Of a stretch of 64,000 nucleotides of DNA, positions 47,701 to 62,119 are shown piece after piece. Under the pieces are notes generated by a model. That model was not told the DNA's origin. It ran no database searches and worked only from the letters and a program-made list of their open reading frames with translations. The position numbers were made by a program, and so were the translations under genes. Source of the stretch: Harriotta raleighana (lineage: Eukaryota); contig JBNZDD010013729.1 of the NCBI GenBank assembly GCA_050575255.1, positions 8,974,028 through 9,038,027 on the forward strand, given 5' to 3'. Numbering within the stretch: position 1 is the first letter of the stretch; each line of letters opens with the position of its first letter.

Positions 47701-50700
47701 TTTCCTTGTTTTGATGTCTGAAGCCATCTCAGTACTTGATGTAGCACCGTATCACGTCTTCGAGATGTCAAAGTGCTTCTGTATATTGTAAAATGAAGTG
47801 ACTATATTTTGTGGGCAAAAGACTGCATCGTGTGCTATATTTGCTGTGCAGTGGTGTGGATGTGGTGATTGATAGATGTTGCACAACATTGCTGAATATC
47901 GGAAGTTATGAATTTTCTCATGAGGGCTTAAAGAGATGGGGTACGAGTAGTGAAAGTGTGTGCAGAAGATGAAGTTTAACAGTAACGCCTTCAACAGTCA
48001 AGTGACCTGCCAGCACTCGCTGACAAGTGACCCGCCAACACTCGCTGACAAGACTCGCAAATGATCAATGGTCACTTGAAAAGAATATGGAATCCAATGC
48101 CCTTGGAGCCAAGCCACTGCAAGAAGATGCTGGGAACCTGAAAAGAAGCAGAGCCCAGTGGGGAAGAGTTAGAAACTATATTTGTTTTAATCGAAAGAGA
48201 CATTGGGCATTTAGCTCATCTGTGAAACAATTGGGTTTTACAGATCAAATGACCTTTTCCTGTTTCCTTATTTTGCTGTGAAATTGCTATTTTTCATTTA
48301 TTGCATACATTTATAATTTAGCAGAACTCAGTGGAATGATACTCAGAACTGCTTTAGAGATTAGTGTGTTTTAGGGGATCAGGGAGAAGATTGTCACCCA
48401 GGAGGCAATAATAATAATAATCCTTGCATTTGACATAGTATGTTATCATCAAATATATTGTAAAATTGAGTGACTGTTTCTTTTGAGGGCAAAAGGCAAT
48501 AGCCAATTACGCACAGCGGTGTCCCACAAACAATGTGGATTCCGTGATCAAATTATAATTTTTGCGGGAGGGATTATTAACTCCAGAAAGTGATCCACCA
48601 ATCGAGTAACAATATTACAAAATGTGTAAAATAACACACAGGCAGGAAACTTACGTTCTTTCAGCAACCAGATGTGTTTATATGGCTCCCTTCATGCCGG
48701 AGAGCGACTTGGACTGCACATTAGTAGGATCAAACACCAAGCCTTTGACTGCTCTCTTCATTCGCCACTTCCGTACAGTTTACAGATTGCTGCCGCTACT
48801 TCGTATTTTCTAACTTGAAGTATCCTTTTTACTCTGATTGAATAGGGATTACTGAACTGGAAATAAAAACAGTGTATCTTTAAGAACACCAACACACACA
48901 AATAAACATTTCCTGTTGTTATCAGCTGAAAGAGCGACATAGGAAGATAGGAATTGCAAAACAAATAAAACAAGGTCCACCTACTCCATCTTGTATCCAG
49001 GTAGTCGCATGCCGCAATAATGATGTTGTTCATAGCAATTAAATCTGTAAATAGTCTACAACTCGTTGGAAAGCTTTGGGAACCTTAGTTCCAAAGTTGA
49101 CTGTTTTTTCCAAGCCATACTACACTCATATGTCAGGTCTCAAATTACTCATATACTGTATCACAAAATATTATTCTCTAAAATAATCCAATTTAATTTT
49201 CATTTGAATGAATTGACTCTGAATTGCCAAATATCACAATATTACCAATAAACAAGATATGAAGTGCTAAATTGTTGCAAGTTTCAACCAAACAAATGAA
49301 TTGACTTTTATCCGTATGTAGAATGCAGGCATTGATCAGTTATTATTGTGTGTTGTTTAGAGGGCTTTCTTTGCTATTCGTCTCCATTTGTATTCCAACA
49401 ACAGAACCATTATTTAATGTTTGATGCCAGCTACGTTTACACTTGTTACTGCTTATTAATAAATTATCCAATATTTAAAACTGCTTTTGTTCACCATCAG
49501 CACATGATTTTTGCAATTAATAAAGAGCAAAGTTGTGCAGACAAAGGAAGCATTTGTGTATGCAAGACACTCCTCTTCCCGTCCTAATTACAACAACAGC
49601 AAATTACACTTGTATAAAGAGGCACCCTTCACGTCGGAAAGTCGTTCCAGGATACTGACACGTGTAATTACAGATTACAAGATATAAAGAACATAGTGGA
49701 ACAATAACTCCAGTGGTTTTAGGTACAAAATATCAAATATGGAAGTTGCTGACCCCCTAGGCTGGCGTTCCAATGCAATGTTGCTCCAACAATGTATCGT
49801 CGGTGGTGCCATCTTTCACAGAGGTTTCAAACCAAGGTCCAATTTGCCTGTTTATTTGGATGCTAAAGATCCTAAGGCACTGTTTGACAATCTCTCTGTG
49901 GCTCAGACAACAATCTCCTAGATAAAATTGGGTCATTCATATTGTCAAGGTTTGTGGGACATTGTGATCTGCAAATTGGCTGCTGTGTTCGCACAGCCTC
50001 TGGACTTTAGAGCAAATCCTGTGAAGTGATTGAGACAGGTGGTATTATCAAATCCAAGGATTGTTAGTACTGAATTACTTTCTGCAAAAATGTTTTACAA
50101 ACTTTGCAAATTTTGAAAGCCAAACAATCTTCTTTTACTGATTTAAAGTATTTTTTTTTTTAATTCAGTGTGAGACAAGTCAATCAACTGTAAATAAATT
50201 GGTAACAAAGAAGGTGGGAAAGCAAAGTGTCGAGACACCTCTTTCAAAATCCACTCCTTCTTTCCCCATATGATAGGATAGGCCTCCTTAGTCTTGCTCT
50301 AAATGACAAGAGCCTGTAGTGGAGATGTAGAGCGATCTGGGCTGACTCATTTACTATTAACAGTATTTTATCTCTCAGTCACCAGGGAAGTCAAATGCCA
50401 GATCGCTGATATCACCATGACTGACCTTTAATGCCTTTGTTGTGTTACAAAACGGTTACCAAATGTTTAATTGATCCGGAAAGGTAGTTGTTTCATGGAG
50501 ATAGTGCACACTCCTGTACTCTGCAAGTGTGAGAACCGATCAAACACACCATTGTTCTGGATCTCTTATTTCAATAAAATTAAAATCCACTTTACTGTAT
50601 ATTCTGTGAAGCACTTGAGACATCTCAATGATATTGCACCTGAGGGGCTATATCAATTGCAAGGATTATTATTAATATATTGCCATGAGGGGCAGGTTGA

Positions 50701-51158
50701 CTGGCAGAATACCAGCAATGCTTTCATGTTTGGATGTGGGCTGTTTGGATGTGCTACACTGTGCTGCACAGTTGTTTGTTGACCTACAAAGCAGATCACA
50801 TGCAACGTAATCTGAGGCTCAGTCACTGCTCCTTTGCTTAGGCTCAGTCACTGCTCCTTTGCTTAGGACCAGTTCAGATAGAAGCTGCTGTTTCCTGGAG
50901 CAGCAACATGATATTCCACCACTTGTGCCCTGACCGCAGCTAGGCCAGGCCACGTCAATCTCTCAATACAATCTCCGCTCTGCAAAACAATACTCTGTGC
51001 TCTTCAAGTGCAGTAAATAGCCACAGATAATAAGATTACTGATTAGCATAATTCCAGGCATGCAGCACTTAGCAACTCCTTATAACCTAGCCTAGAGTAT
51101 CAGCAGCTCCAGTAATAAATGGGATGAGAAACCTGGCTTGCCTATGCAGTGACTTCAT

Positions 51159-51172
51159 GTTGCCGTGGCAAC
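51159..51172. promoter_or_regulatory. RFX X-box
   Basis: GTTGCCGTGGCAAC within the near-perfect palindrome catgttgccgtggcaacatg. Confidence 0.6.
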
Positions 51173-52079
51173 ATGGTCGGTCACTTTTAGCTCACGGATT
51201 TGGCAAGCGTTTTATTATTTCTGGTTAAAATGAAAATGAATTCAATCGTAAAACAATTGCTTCCTAATTTTTGCATTTCCTCTCTAAACACAACACTCTC
51301 CCCACCAACCCCGCCGCCACCACTCCCTCCACCTCCTTCCTCGTTGCTTACACTGGAATCAAACACGATAACCTGCTGCCTTCATGGTAAGAAGTCAGAA
51401 CAGTTTATAAATCCTGATTATGCCAAGAAAGCAATTCATCATAACATTTTCCATTTGCTTTTCCTTCAACAAGAGATTTGCGTAGACAATAAAGCATTGG
51501 ACAGACCATGTGGCCCAATTAGACTGTGGTGTTTCTACTCCACCCATACCTTCCCATACCCTTCCATTCCCTTCTCCTTCATGTGTATATCTAACTTCCT
51601 CTTACAGTACTATCTTATTTCGTCAATGAGTTCCACATTCACACTACCCTCGGTGTGAAACAGTTCCTCTTAAATTCCCTCCCTAGTCACCCTTGGTTAC
51701 CAACATCCCAGTTTTGTATCAATTTAATATTAAAATAAAATTGAAATGTGATTCTTCGTTTTTTAGTCTTGTTCCAAATGTTACAAGGCAGATAACTAAA
51801 CACATGACAACTTTACACCCAAATAAACCATCACATTGATTTCTACATAAAGCTTTCTAACGGGCACACTAGTTATTTGTAAGTATGTCCTGAAGTTTTC
51901 AAATAAAAAAAACCATTGAAATTCCTCTCATTTGTACAGTGTATGAAAACAAGCCAAGAATCCGATGTACCATTCCTTATTCTTATTTGTTTGTACATTC
52001 TTATCCCACTGTAAAATGGGATAAGAATGTGAAATAATGCATCTATTAACCTTTCAAGTACCACAAGCTGTTCAGTCAT

Positions 52080-52432
52080 GGAGTCCTGTATCGTAGTGGT
52101 TAGTGCGCTTGCCTCACAAGCAAGAAGATCCAAACTCAATTCCCGGATGAGGCAAAACCTTAGGCAGGTTTCCTTATCGCATGTACATCTGTTTACCTAG
52201 TAGTACGTAGGAACCCGGTTGTTAGTTGCTTGGCAGGTGGCTTTCTGGGGATAATAATCCCTTGAAAAAAAAAGAAATTGGTTACTCAATCAACGACTGT
52301 TTGTAAGACAATTGGTTGCTGTGCTCAATTGGTTGTTGCATTTCTCCTACAAAATATGCAGTCAATTCAATTTACAGTATATTCTGTAAAGTCTCAAAGG
52401 TGTAACAAGGCACTTTATCAAATGTAAGGATT
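52080..52432 (+). mobile_element. tRNA-derived SINE
   Basis: Full head-body-tail of the family; further copies near 30965, 37530(-), 45070, 45974, 54925. Confidence 0.85.
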
Positions 52433-52574
52433 TTAACATGAGACATCTTCCAGTGCAGCACTTTCTGATTTTGACAAAAGCCTTTTATTGGGTTTAGTCA
52501 CAATTGTGTATGTTTGGACTTCCCACTGGCTCCAAAACTGGCCTTGGGAACCAGCTTTCAAGTCAGTGCAAAAA

Positions 52575-54010
52575 CATAAAATCATAGAATTTTTCAGCAC
52601 AAAAGGAGGCCATTTGGCCCATCGAGTTTATGCTGACTCTTTGAAAAGAGCTATTAAGAGTCAATCTCATTCCTCAGCTCTCTCTCTCTCCCCATAAACC
52701 TGCAAACTAGTCCTCCCCAAATAACCATCCACCTCTCTTTTAAAAGTTGTTACCGAGTCAGCATCCACCCTCCTTTCAGACAATGCATTCCAGATTCCAT
52801 TAACTTGTTGTGTGAAAACATTTCTCACCTCTCCTCTGCTTCCTTGAGAAGCTATTTTAAATCTGTGACCTGGAGTCACTGACACACCCACCAGTGGAAA
52901 CAATTTTTCCGTTTACCCGAATGAATCCCCACATGATTTTGAAAACCTCTATTAGGTCTCCTCATAACCTTCTCTGCTCCAATGAGAATAATCCTAGCCT
53001 CTCTAGCCTTTCCTCATAACTAAAGTCCCTCATTCATGGTACCTCCAAGTATCTCTCCTCTGCACCCTTTCCAATGCCTTAACATCCCTCCTAAAATGAG
53101 GTGCGCACAGTACTCGAGCTGAGGACTACCCAGCGTTTTATACAGATTAATCATAACTTCCGAACTTTTGTACTCTAGGCCCCTATTTATAAAGCCTTAC
53201 ATGCCATATGCTTTAACAGCATTATGTACCTGTCCTGCCACCTTCAAATATTTACTTACATGAATCCCCAGGTCTCTCTCTTGCTTCAGTCCCTTAAGTT
53301 TGTGGAGTCCTGTAGCTCAGTGGTTAGAGTACTCACATTACAAGTGTGAGATCTGTGTTCGAATCCAGGCAGGGCGAAACCTTGGGCAACTTTCCTTACT
53401 CCACATCCCTAATAATAATCCGTCAAATAAAAAAGCTGTAATAAATGGTCATTTCAATCCATGATACTGCTGTGTGCAATTGGCTACTGAGTTTCACCCA
53501 CAAATATACAGTCAATTCACTTTCCAGTATATTCTGTGAAGTGCTAGAAGACGTGAAAAGAGCTATATTATTATTATATGCAAGATTATTATCCTATCCA
53601 CCCTATATTGCCTCACCTCATTCTTCCTCCCAAAATACATCACCTCGCATTTCTCCAAATTAAATTTCATCTGCCATGTGTCTGCCCATTTTACCATTCT
53701 GTCGATGTCTTCTTGCAGTCTGTTACTATCCTCTGCACTATTTACTACTTTTCCTAAGTTTGTATTATCTGCAAACTTGGAAATTGTACACCCTATATCA
53801 AAATCCAGATCATTTATATTATTAAAAAGAGCAATGGTCCCAATACCGATCCTTGGGGGACACCACTGTACACTTTTCTCCAGACAGAAAAACAACCATT
53901 CTCCACAACTCTCTGCTTTCTGTCTCCCAGCCAGTTCTGGATACATGCTGCCACTGTTCCTTTAATACCATGGACTTCTATTTTCCTTACAAGTCTTTAT
54001 GTGGCATTGT
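52575..54010 (-). mobile_element. CR1 LINE with a SINE (53304-53592, +) inserted
   Basis: ISKFADNTNLG..WQMKFN, TPGHRFKI; SINE A/B boxes and tail nested inside. Confidence 0.9.
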
Positions 54011-57000
54011 GTAAGTAAGTTGCTCTTAACTTTAAACCAGATAGAAGCACGGGTGCAGAGGGAAAATCTAGAATGAGAGATCTCAAAGTTTAAAAAAGTT
54101 TGATAAGGTAGAAAATAGGAAAACAAATAAAAATGAAAGATAGGGAAGGAAATAAATTTGACAGAATAGGTAACACACATTGCAGGCGAGTAATGTATTT
54201 AAATGTTTTACGTTCGTCTAAAATTGTGCTTTAATGTTTACATTTTAGTGGATTAGAATTAACACTGCATCGATTAATTTAACCTAATGTTTATGTGACT
54301 TTATTATTGTGTCGATAGAATCGGGAGCTTCCAAAATGTGTCCTGATCCAACAATCCTACTGATAAAATTGATCATTCACTGCATGGCTGCTTCTGGAAC
54401 ATTGCTGTGTGCAAATTGGCTGCAAAGTTTTCCAACAATATGCAGTTACTGCACATTACCATAAATCTTGCAATGCATCTAGGCCATTTAATTGAAGTAA
54501 TGAGTCGCTATAACATTCAAGAATTATTATAACTTGAATTTTGTCAAATGAGCTAGCCCATGGAAAGAGAAATGTCCATGAATGGAGCAGCAATATAGTG
54601 TACAAATGTAAATATTAAATTACAATAAACCTGATTAAATAATGCCAAATATCTGTACAGTGGTTATTCCATTTTGGAATATGAAAATATTGTACACAGC
54701 ATTTGCCACCTACTTTACATAACTTGCTTGTAAATTTCCTAATTATACTCAAAACGTTATTTATTCTGGTGCCATCACTGTAATTATAATGAACAGTACA
54801 TACTGCTGTAAAGTGTACTCAGTAATGAAACCGTAACTGGATGTATGGTATGTGTTTTGACTCAAGAAGATGCCGTCAAATAGCATTTGCGAAATGGATG
54901 GCTGCCATCAAATAGCAAGTATGAAACTTTGCGCAAGTTTCCTTACTCCACACGCCTAATAATAATCCTTCAAAAAACAATAATAAATTGGTCACTCAAT
55001 CCATGACCATTTGTGGGACACTGCTGTGTACAATTAGCTGCCGAGTTTTGCCCACCCACAAATATATAGCCAATTCACCTTACAGTGTATATAAGTGCAA
55101 GTTGCTGTTGTTGATCATAGTTCAGCTCCTCATTCACACCGGAGAAACTTTTTGGTATATGACTTGTAGCTGGATAAGGGATTGCCTTTGTTGACTGGAC
55201 CTGCCTAGGAAAAGGCATTAGTAAGCAGTTAGGCAAGTTCACATCACATCTCACTATTTTCTTTGGCTGTTAAGCTAGGACACAAGTCAATGCTTCCCAC
55301 TGAGCTATCTGTTTCTGTTCAGGAAAACAAGCAACAAAGAACATAAGAATAAGGAGCAGGAGTAGGCCATTTGGCACCTCGAGCCTGCCCCGCCATTCAA
55401 TGAGATCACGGCTGATCTAAAGTAAAATGCAATGTGAATCAACAATTATTTTTTGATTTGTGCTCAACTAATCAATCTAACACACAAAGATAGTGGCTCT
55501 CAATAAAATTAAACTTGTTAAAATCCCTCTCCAACAGAGATATCAGAAACGAGGGGACTGGACACTTGGGCAAGGAGTATTTTGTTCAGAGAGAATCTGT
55601 TAGGTGAGAATGTCATATTTACATTTAACACAGAAGCAGCATCTGAAGAGGTTGCTGAACTCCAGGGAGGCAATTATTTTGCTGGTGTCATGCTGCTATT
55701 ATCCACTTTGGTGGATTCCAGGTAGATACATAAAACAAATGACAACTTTACACCCAAACAAACCAGGATACCGATTTCTACATAAAGGTTTCTGGATAAT
55801 TTGCTGATCATAGTCCATTTCCTTTTGCCAGGCATTCAGCATTAATTCACATTACGTTTGACTTGCTCTGGTAATTTGATTAATCAAATGCACAATCAAT
55901 AGAAGGAAGCCAGGGTAAAGATCATGATTTGAGATATTTATTGTGTTTCTTTGAATAAGTGAAATATGCGCTCACCACATGTGCTTCTAAAGCTAATGTT
56001 CCTGTGACTTGGGACATCCTCCCGACCTGAAAGGTGCTATACAAATGTAATTTTGTTGTTATTGTTGTATCCAGGGTGCACTTCATCACACAATTCCCAA
56101 GCATCTGTGAGGATTACTTCTATGCTTCCTGTCTTCCCCCTAGCAAATATTCATTCCTCGTCAAAGACTAACAACCTTGACCTTCCATCTTGAGAAGTAA
56201 ATTAGTCAAGGTTACCAAACTGAGTGTAAGTAACTTGACATGAACCTGCATTAAACCAACCTATAATCCAGATTTCCGAGTTCAAATTTTTTTTAATGCA
56301 ATACCATTTTATTGACTTTCTTTAGTCTAGGTTTGAACAAAAAACATTGTTTTCTTTGGAAAATAATTTTAATTTGCCATATCTGCTCACTTCCTATTAT
56401 TGAGGAGGAATCCAGTGTTTTGCCACTTGCTTAAATTCAAGACTTTGCAACTGAAAAGCATGCTCAGCTTCGCAGAACACAAATGGCACCTGTGTTCAAA
56501 TTGTTATGTGGATTGAATTTTTTTTTGCAACTCTGTGTAGTGAATGACTTTGATAAAATGCAATGAGAAAGAAATTTTCCCATTCTTGACATACAATGAA
56601 GTTGCCACAGAATCTCAGAGACATTCAGCCAGAAATCTACGTTACCACCTCTGCATTTCAACCCTTTAGCTGGTTTGTTAAACAAGTCAATTGGAGTGGC
56701 CTCTATTAGCTTTTCAGCAGCTGACTCATCTGTGTAAAGAAACGCCCTTATGCAAAATACTTTCTTAAAATTGTGGTAAATAAATTACAGTGTATGTCTG
56801 TATAATCCCTTTGTGTAAATTTGTGTGGAGATGGCATGAATTGACTCTGCAAAAGCAATTTGCTAAGACAAGATCCAGACAGATTGGAACCTGAATTTGA
56901 AGTTAGGATAGCACACACACAAGAGGCAGAGGTAAAATATTACAAAACACTTTTCTGCTGCAACATACCAGAATATAGGGCACTGAACTAAGGACGAGCA

Positions 57001-60000
57001 TTTCATAGTTTCTTTTAAACATTTCAGATGCTGTTTAACACAGTTTAACAGACCTCAGGCACCTCAGCCTCAGAAATATTGCCAATGGTTGGAAGCATCA
57101 TCTTTCTCTTCTCCAAGCTTGAAACCCACTTTCAAGACAGTTGGTTGAAAGTGTGAAACACACCTTGTCCATTCGTGATAAGACTTTTTTTTAAAAATAA
57201 TTTGAATGCACCTACCTGTTATCAATCAGTTTGTGTCAACAGAACAGAATGTCACAAGACTGGACTAAAGGACGAAACACAAATGTTCTCTTCGAGCATT
57301 CCTATCATTATGTTATAAAGTTGAGATGAAACACGCAGTAGTTGTGATATTCTAAATGTTAAGGTTGCCCGCTAATAAGACAATAAGCAAGCACTATAAT
57401 GGATGTCGTTAAAGTTGCCCCACCAAACAAAGGAAATAAAGGATTATATGAAATAATATGATGGCTAGGCATTCATTGACAATCATATGGCACTATTTGA
57501 AAAGAAGGGGGAGTTTCTCCTGGTAGGTGTCCTGGCAAACAATTCTCCAAATTAAATTGATCATTCACCTCCCAGCTGTTTCTAGGAACTTGCTGTTCCC
57601 CAAATAACTCAACCATTTCATGATAAAGGCACCACATTTGATATTGTAAAACATTTAGAGACATTGACATCGATAAGTGCTACAAAAATACAAGTCTTTA
57701 TGGTGAATTTATTAGACATCAGCCATTGCTACTTGGTGACAATCCTCATGGATAACCCAACGGTAATTGTTGACTCGAGAATTAGGGAATGTTAGAACAT
57801 GTGCAAGGATACAGCACTTTTAGTTCAAGGATTCAATAAAGCAAAGCACATCTGCAGGTATTGGAATCAGTAAATCATTGTGCTGAGAACCAGCCACAGC
57901 ATCAATAAAAGGCAAAAATGAGAACTATATTGTTAATCAATTTGAATTTGACAGAATTCAAATCTGAACCGATTTATGTTTTGTTTAATATGTCTTGTAC
58001 AGGATCATTAAAACATGACCTAATAGGCTATCTCCTTTCAATGGAACAGCAAAAGACTGGTCTATAGTGCTTTTAATTTATGGGTCATTTTCTTTTATAT
58101 ACTGTATTTGCAATTACAATGTAATCTTTCACGAAACAGCAATCATTTTTGTTGCAGCCAATAGTCTTTATAAAAATTCCATTAAGCTATTAAGTATGAG
58201 TTATGCCTACACCCAGAGTATCTTGCTTTGTATTGCGACTGTTTTCATTTTATAATCCACCCTTTCTGGTTTTACGGGAAGTGTGCAGCGAGACACGCAA
58301 ATTAACACAAATTGCTGCCAGACAGCAAGTTTAATCAGCGGAAGAAAGCAAGTAAAAATATATTTTACTTCAAAGTTAACCGACACCTTTGCTACAGGGA
58401 GAATTGCTTGTTATTACGCAATCAAATTAGCTACATAAACTATGCAGAGTAAATTGTCCACACTGCTCCACAAACCTTCCACTAACAACATAGGCATCTT
58501 ATTTGCGATAAAGCTAAAAATCCAGTTGCCACTACATAGAACAATAATCGTTACATTTGATAAGAGCCTTATCACGTCTTCTAGATGTCTCAATGGATTA
58601 AATGATATCAGGAGGTTATTTGTGAAAGTTTTTTCATGTAAAAAAAAGTACTGAGTGTGTAGAGACTGGGTGTCACTGTTGTATAGAAAATTGGTGCATA
58701 TCTACTCATATATATTCTTTAATTCCAACAACTGCATAAAGATGATATTTTCAGGTACCACCCTACCCCCACCCATTGAATCTGCTCCATCAAAAAGGAT
58801 CCAGCTTCTTGAACTGGTCAGCACCTTGGGATGTCCTCCTGCTGTGAAGGGCGCTATACAAATATAATTTTGTTTTTGTTATTGTTAGTAAGAACTACTT
58901 AAAGTTCATTCACCTTCAATCTACACAACAAACTTGAAATAATTAAAAATAAATTCATAATTGAAACTAAGAATGAACTTAGTTGGAGAGGAAGATTCTA
59001 TCATTCAATACAATATTTAGAGTCTGCTCTTAACTTGCTAAAAATCAGGTATGGGCTGTGTACTTTAATAGCACTCACATCAACTAATAGGATTTACTTA
59101 ACCACTTTCCAGAAGGACTGGTAGGATGAAATACCATCACTAGTGGGTCACACTAAGAAATTTGACAAAACTACCTGTTGAAAGCAATAATAATCCTGCG
59201 ATTTGTGAACAATGTGACATTTCATCATGCCTGTGTCACACTCTCAAGGATTGCAGACGGCAAAGTTGCTCTTACCTTCCTATTGTTGCAATTTCGTAAC
59301 TATTCTTTTGCAGCAAAGTTGTTGAATCAAACTACTGCAGACGATTATAAATAAGACCTGTTAAATAAAGGAAAGAGGTAGGAGCCACAAAAGGCTGGAT
59401 CATCTTGCCATATTCCAGGCAATATTGAACAGGACAACTCCATGGTCTTCAACATAGCGCTAATGGATATTTAGGGGTCATCTTGCCTCATTTGGTAGCA
59501 CCATTAATTATCTCACGAGTTAGAAAGTTATGGGTTCAAGATCCACATACTCCGATGCTGCGGAATTACCGACGTTCAAATGAGATCATGTCTCCTGGCC
59601 AATGGTTCTCTCAGATAAAAATTGGTTCTTCATTTCATACTTGTTGTGGAGCCCTGCTGTGTGCAAATTGATTCCCAACCTTGCCTACAAAATACTGTCT
59701 CTACAGTCTACATTATATCCTGAGAAGCACTTTGATATTTCAGTGACACGATTGGCAATATATCAAATGCAAATGTTATTAACATTCACTTGAATCAGCC
59801 ATGGTTTGGTTTCATGTCAAGAACACTTCAAATATTGTCACACACCCTCCATATTCCAATGTATGATCCTAGACTCTAGGGAGGGGTTTGAACTCATGAC
59901 CTTCTGACCCGAAGGCGAGATTACTAAGTAAATCAACCTGACACAAGAGTAAATCGCATGGAATAATCCACTTCAGGGAAGACTAACCAGACAATGTGTC

Positions 60001-62119
60001 TAATGCCTATTGGTAAACTAAACTAATTAGTGTATGAAGCCACATATCCTTTCCATCAAAGAAGCATGACTTTGAATTGGGTCTGGTAATGGTTTTGTCT
60101 GATATCAATTATAAGACTACTTGAGTAATTTGGACTATTATTTCACAGCGGATTATGCAGCTGTGTAAGGATTTAAGCTTTAGCAGTATTTTTCAAAAAT
60201 CCTAAAATGGCTTTAATGCATCTAAAAGTAGGGCAGGGATAGGGAATTAGTATCTGCATATTTGGTCACTGTCCAAATGACACTGGCTTTAAACCAACCC
60301 GGGAAAGCTTAGTATTTACTCTGAGAATCAGGCCGGATAGCACTGCCGTTTGAAGAGCCAGAATAACAGGAAGCACAAATATGACATTATGGCTGTTTAA
60401 AAGCTGGGAAATCATCGAGAACTGCTGGGAAAGGGAACATTTTTAATGCAACGGAGAACTGGAGTCAAAAGACTGTAATGGTTTATAAGTGATCCACTTC
60501 AGGGTTTCTTTGCGATACTGTAGCAATAAACTTATGCTGGGTTTCAATATATCCTTGGAATACACACCTATCCATGCCTTCTGAACACGTATGGAAAGCT
60601 ATACATCTAGTTGGGCGGAAGCATCATCCAGTGCAGCACTAGTTGACCCAGACTGGAATATGAGAGTTTGGCTAAATTAGCGAAGAGTAGCGCTTTGAGG
60701 CGCTGTGCAGCGTGAAGGGGCACTTAACAAGTGAAAGTTGTTGTTGAAGCAATGGGCCTCAGTGCCTTTGAAGCAGTGTTGAGTTTTTCTTTCAGACCAG
60801 GGACTGAGGTACAGATTAGAAAGTCACAGCACTATTTAGTGCAGCCACACAACTGCAATTTAAAATCGTGCAGTGGATCTGAAAGTGCAAATGCAAATTC
60901 TTATTACTGGTTTCTGGATGTCAACCAATGGACTGTTTTTTTTAAAAAAAACTTGCATTCTTTAAAAATGAGCAAGCAGTAATATTCCAACTGAATGCAC
61001 ACATTTTTGGCTCATTTACTACAGAATTTACTTATATCAACACCTAATGTTCTTGCAATGTGAAGTTTATTAAGAGTTGAGTTATGGTTACAAAGTTACC
61101 TAACTGCACACATGTCCATACCTTACCTGCAAGGTGCACTGCATGAAATCTACTCATTACTGACAAGCCACAATACACCTTTATTGTACCCTTACACTGA
61201 TACATCATTAATATTTCTATTGTGATTAAAAACTGAATATCAAGCCTATATCATCATAAACAGATGTGTGAATAAACACTTGGAAACCTAGACTAGCTCA
61301 TCGCACACTGAAAATGCTATTTCAGGGTTTCATGTAATCATTTTATTGCGTGAAGTCTCAGATGAGGGAATTATTCATTCTGTTTCAACCGCCGATTTCC
61401 CATTAAGGCAATTAAGGGCATCTGACAAATTAGTAGTATTGTGACAAACTTCAAGCCAACTCAATAAGTAAGTAGGGTATTGCATGGCAGGAATAAAGCA
61501 TTTTACGGTGCCAATGTTGTGCAGCAATGTAAGGCAGCAAATGTATAGAATGTTTATTAAGACAGAGGCAATAGTTAACAAATGAGCACATAAGTAGAAG
61601 CTATGAAACCAAGTTCCGATAATTGACAGTTTCTTGTATTTTTTAAAAATCTGAATTCTATCACAAGTCGATGGAAGGTCAAACACTTATTATAATCGGC
61701 TTAAAATACAAACTCGCTGATGATACCATTGGCTGGATCGCTCATGCCACAAAAACTCACTTCAGTTTAAAACAAGTTATTACTTGATGTTCAAAGAATG
61801 GGCATGGCAATGAAGTATCCCAAGCATTGGGAGGAATATGAAGAGAAATGTGCTGTACAGATATCACATCTGGATAACAATAGAGTCCGTAGAAAGCATG
61901 AACAGTCTCCGAGGGTAAATCTAGCCCCTCTATGCAACTACTTACCAACATTTTCATTTCCCTAAACAGGTTTCGTTCTCAACATTAAAATACACCAATG
62001 GGAAAACTGAAATGATCTTAGCATTATCCCCACTTAAATGCGTTTTCTCTTCTCCCCCTTTGCAAGGTGTTCCTTAGAAAATGCTTTTTTTTTTTTCGAA
62101 AAAATAATCTCAAGGAGAC

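Noticed and set aside
50816-50865. 25-bp perfect tandem duplication
   Set aside because: Simple local slippage; no further structure
45000-62000. PDE6D, COPS7B, SAMD7 or SEC62 exons
   Set aside because: No recognisable peptide matches by eye; TBLASTN is needed to exclude degraded copies
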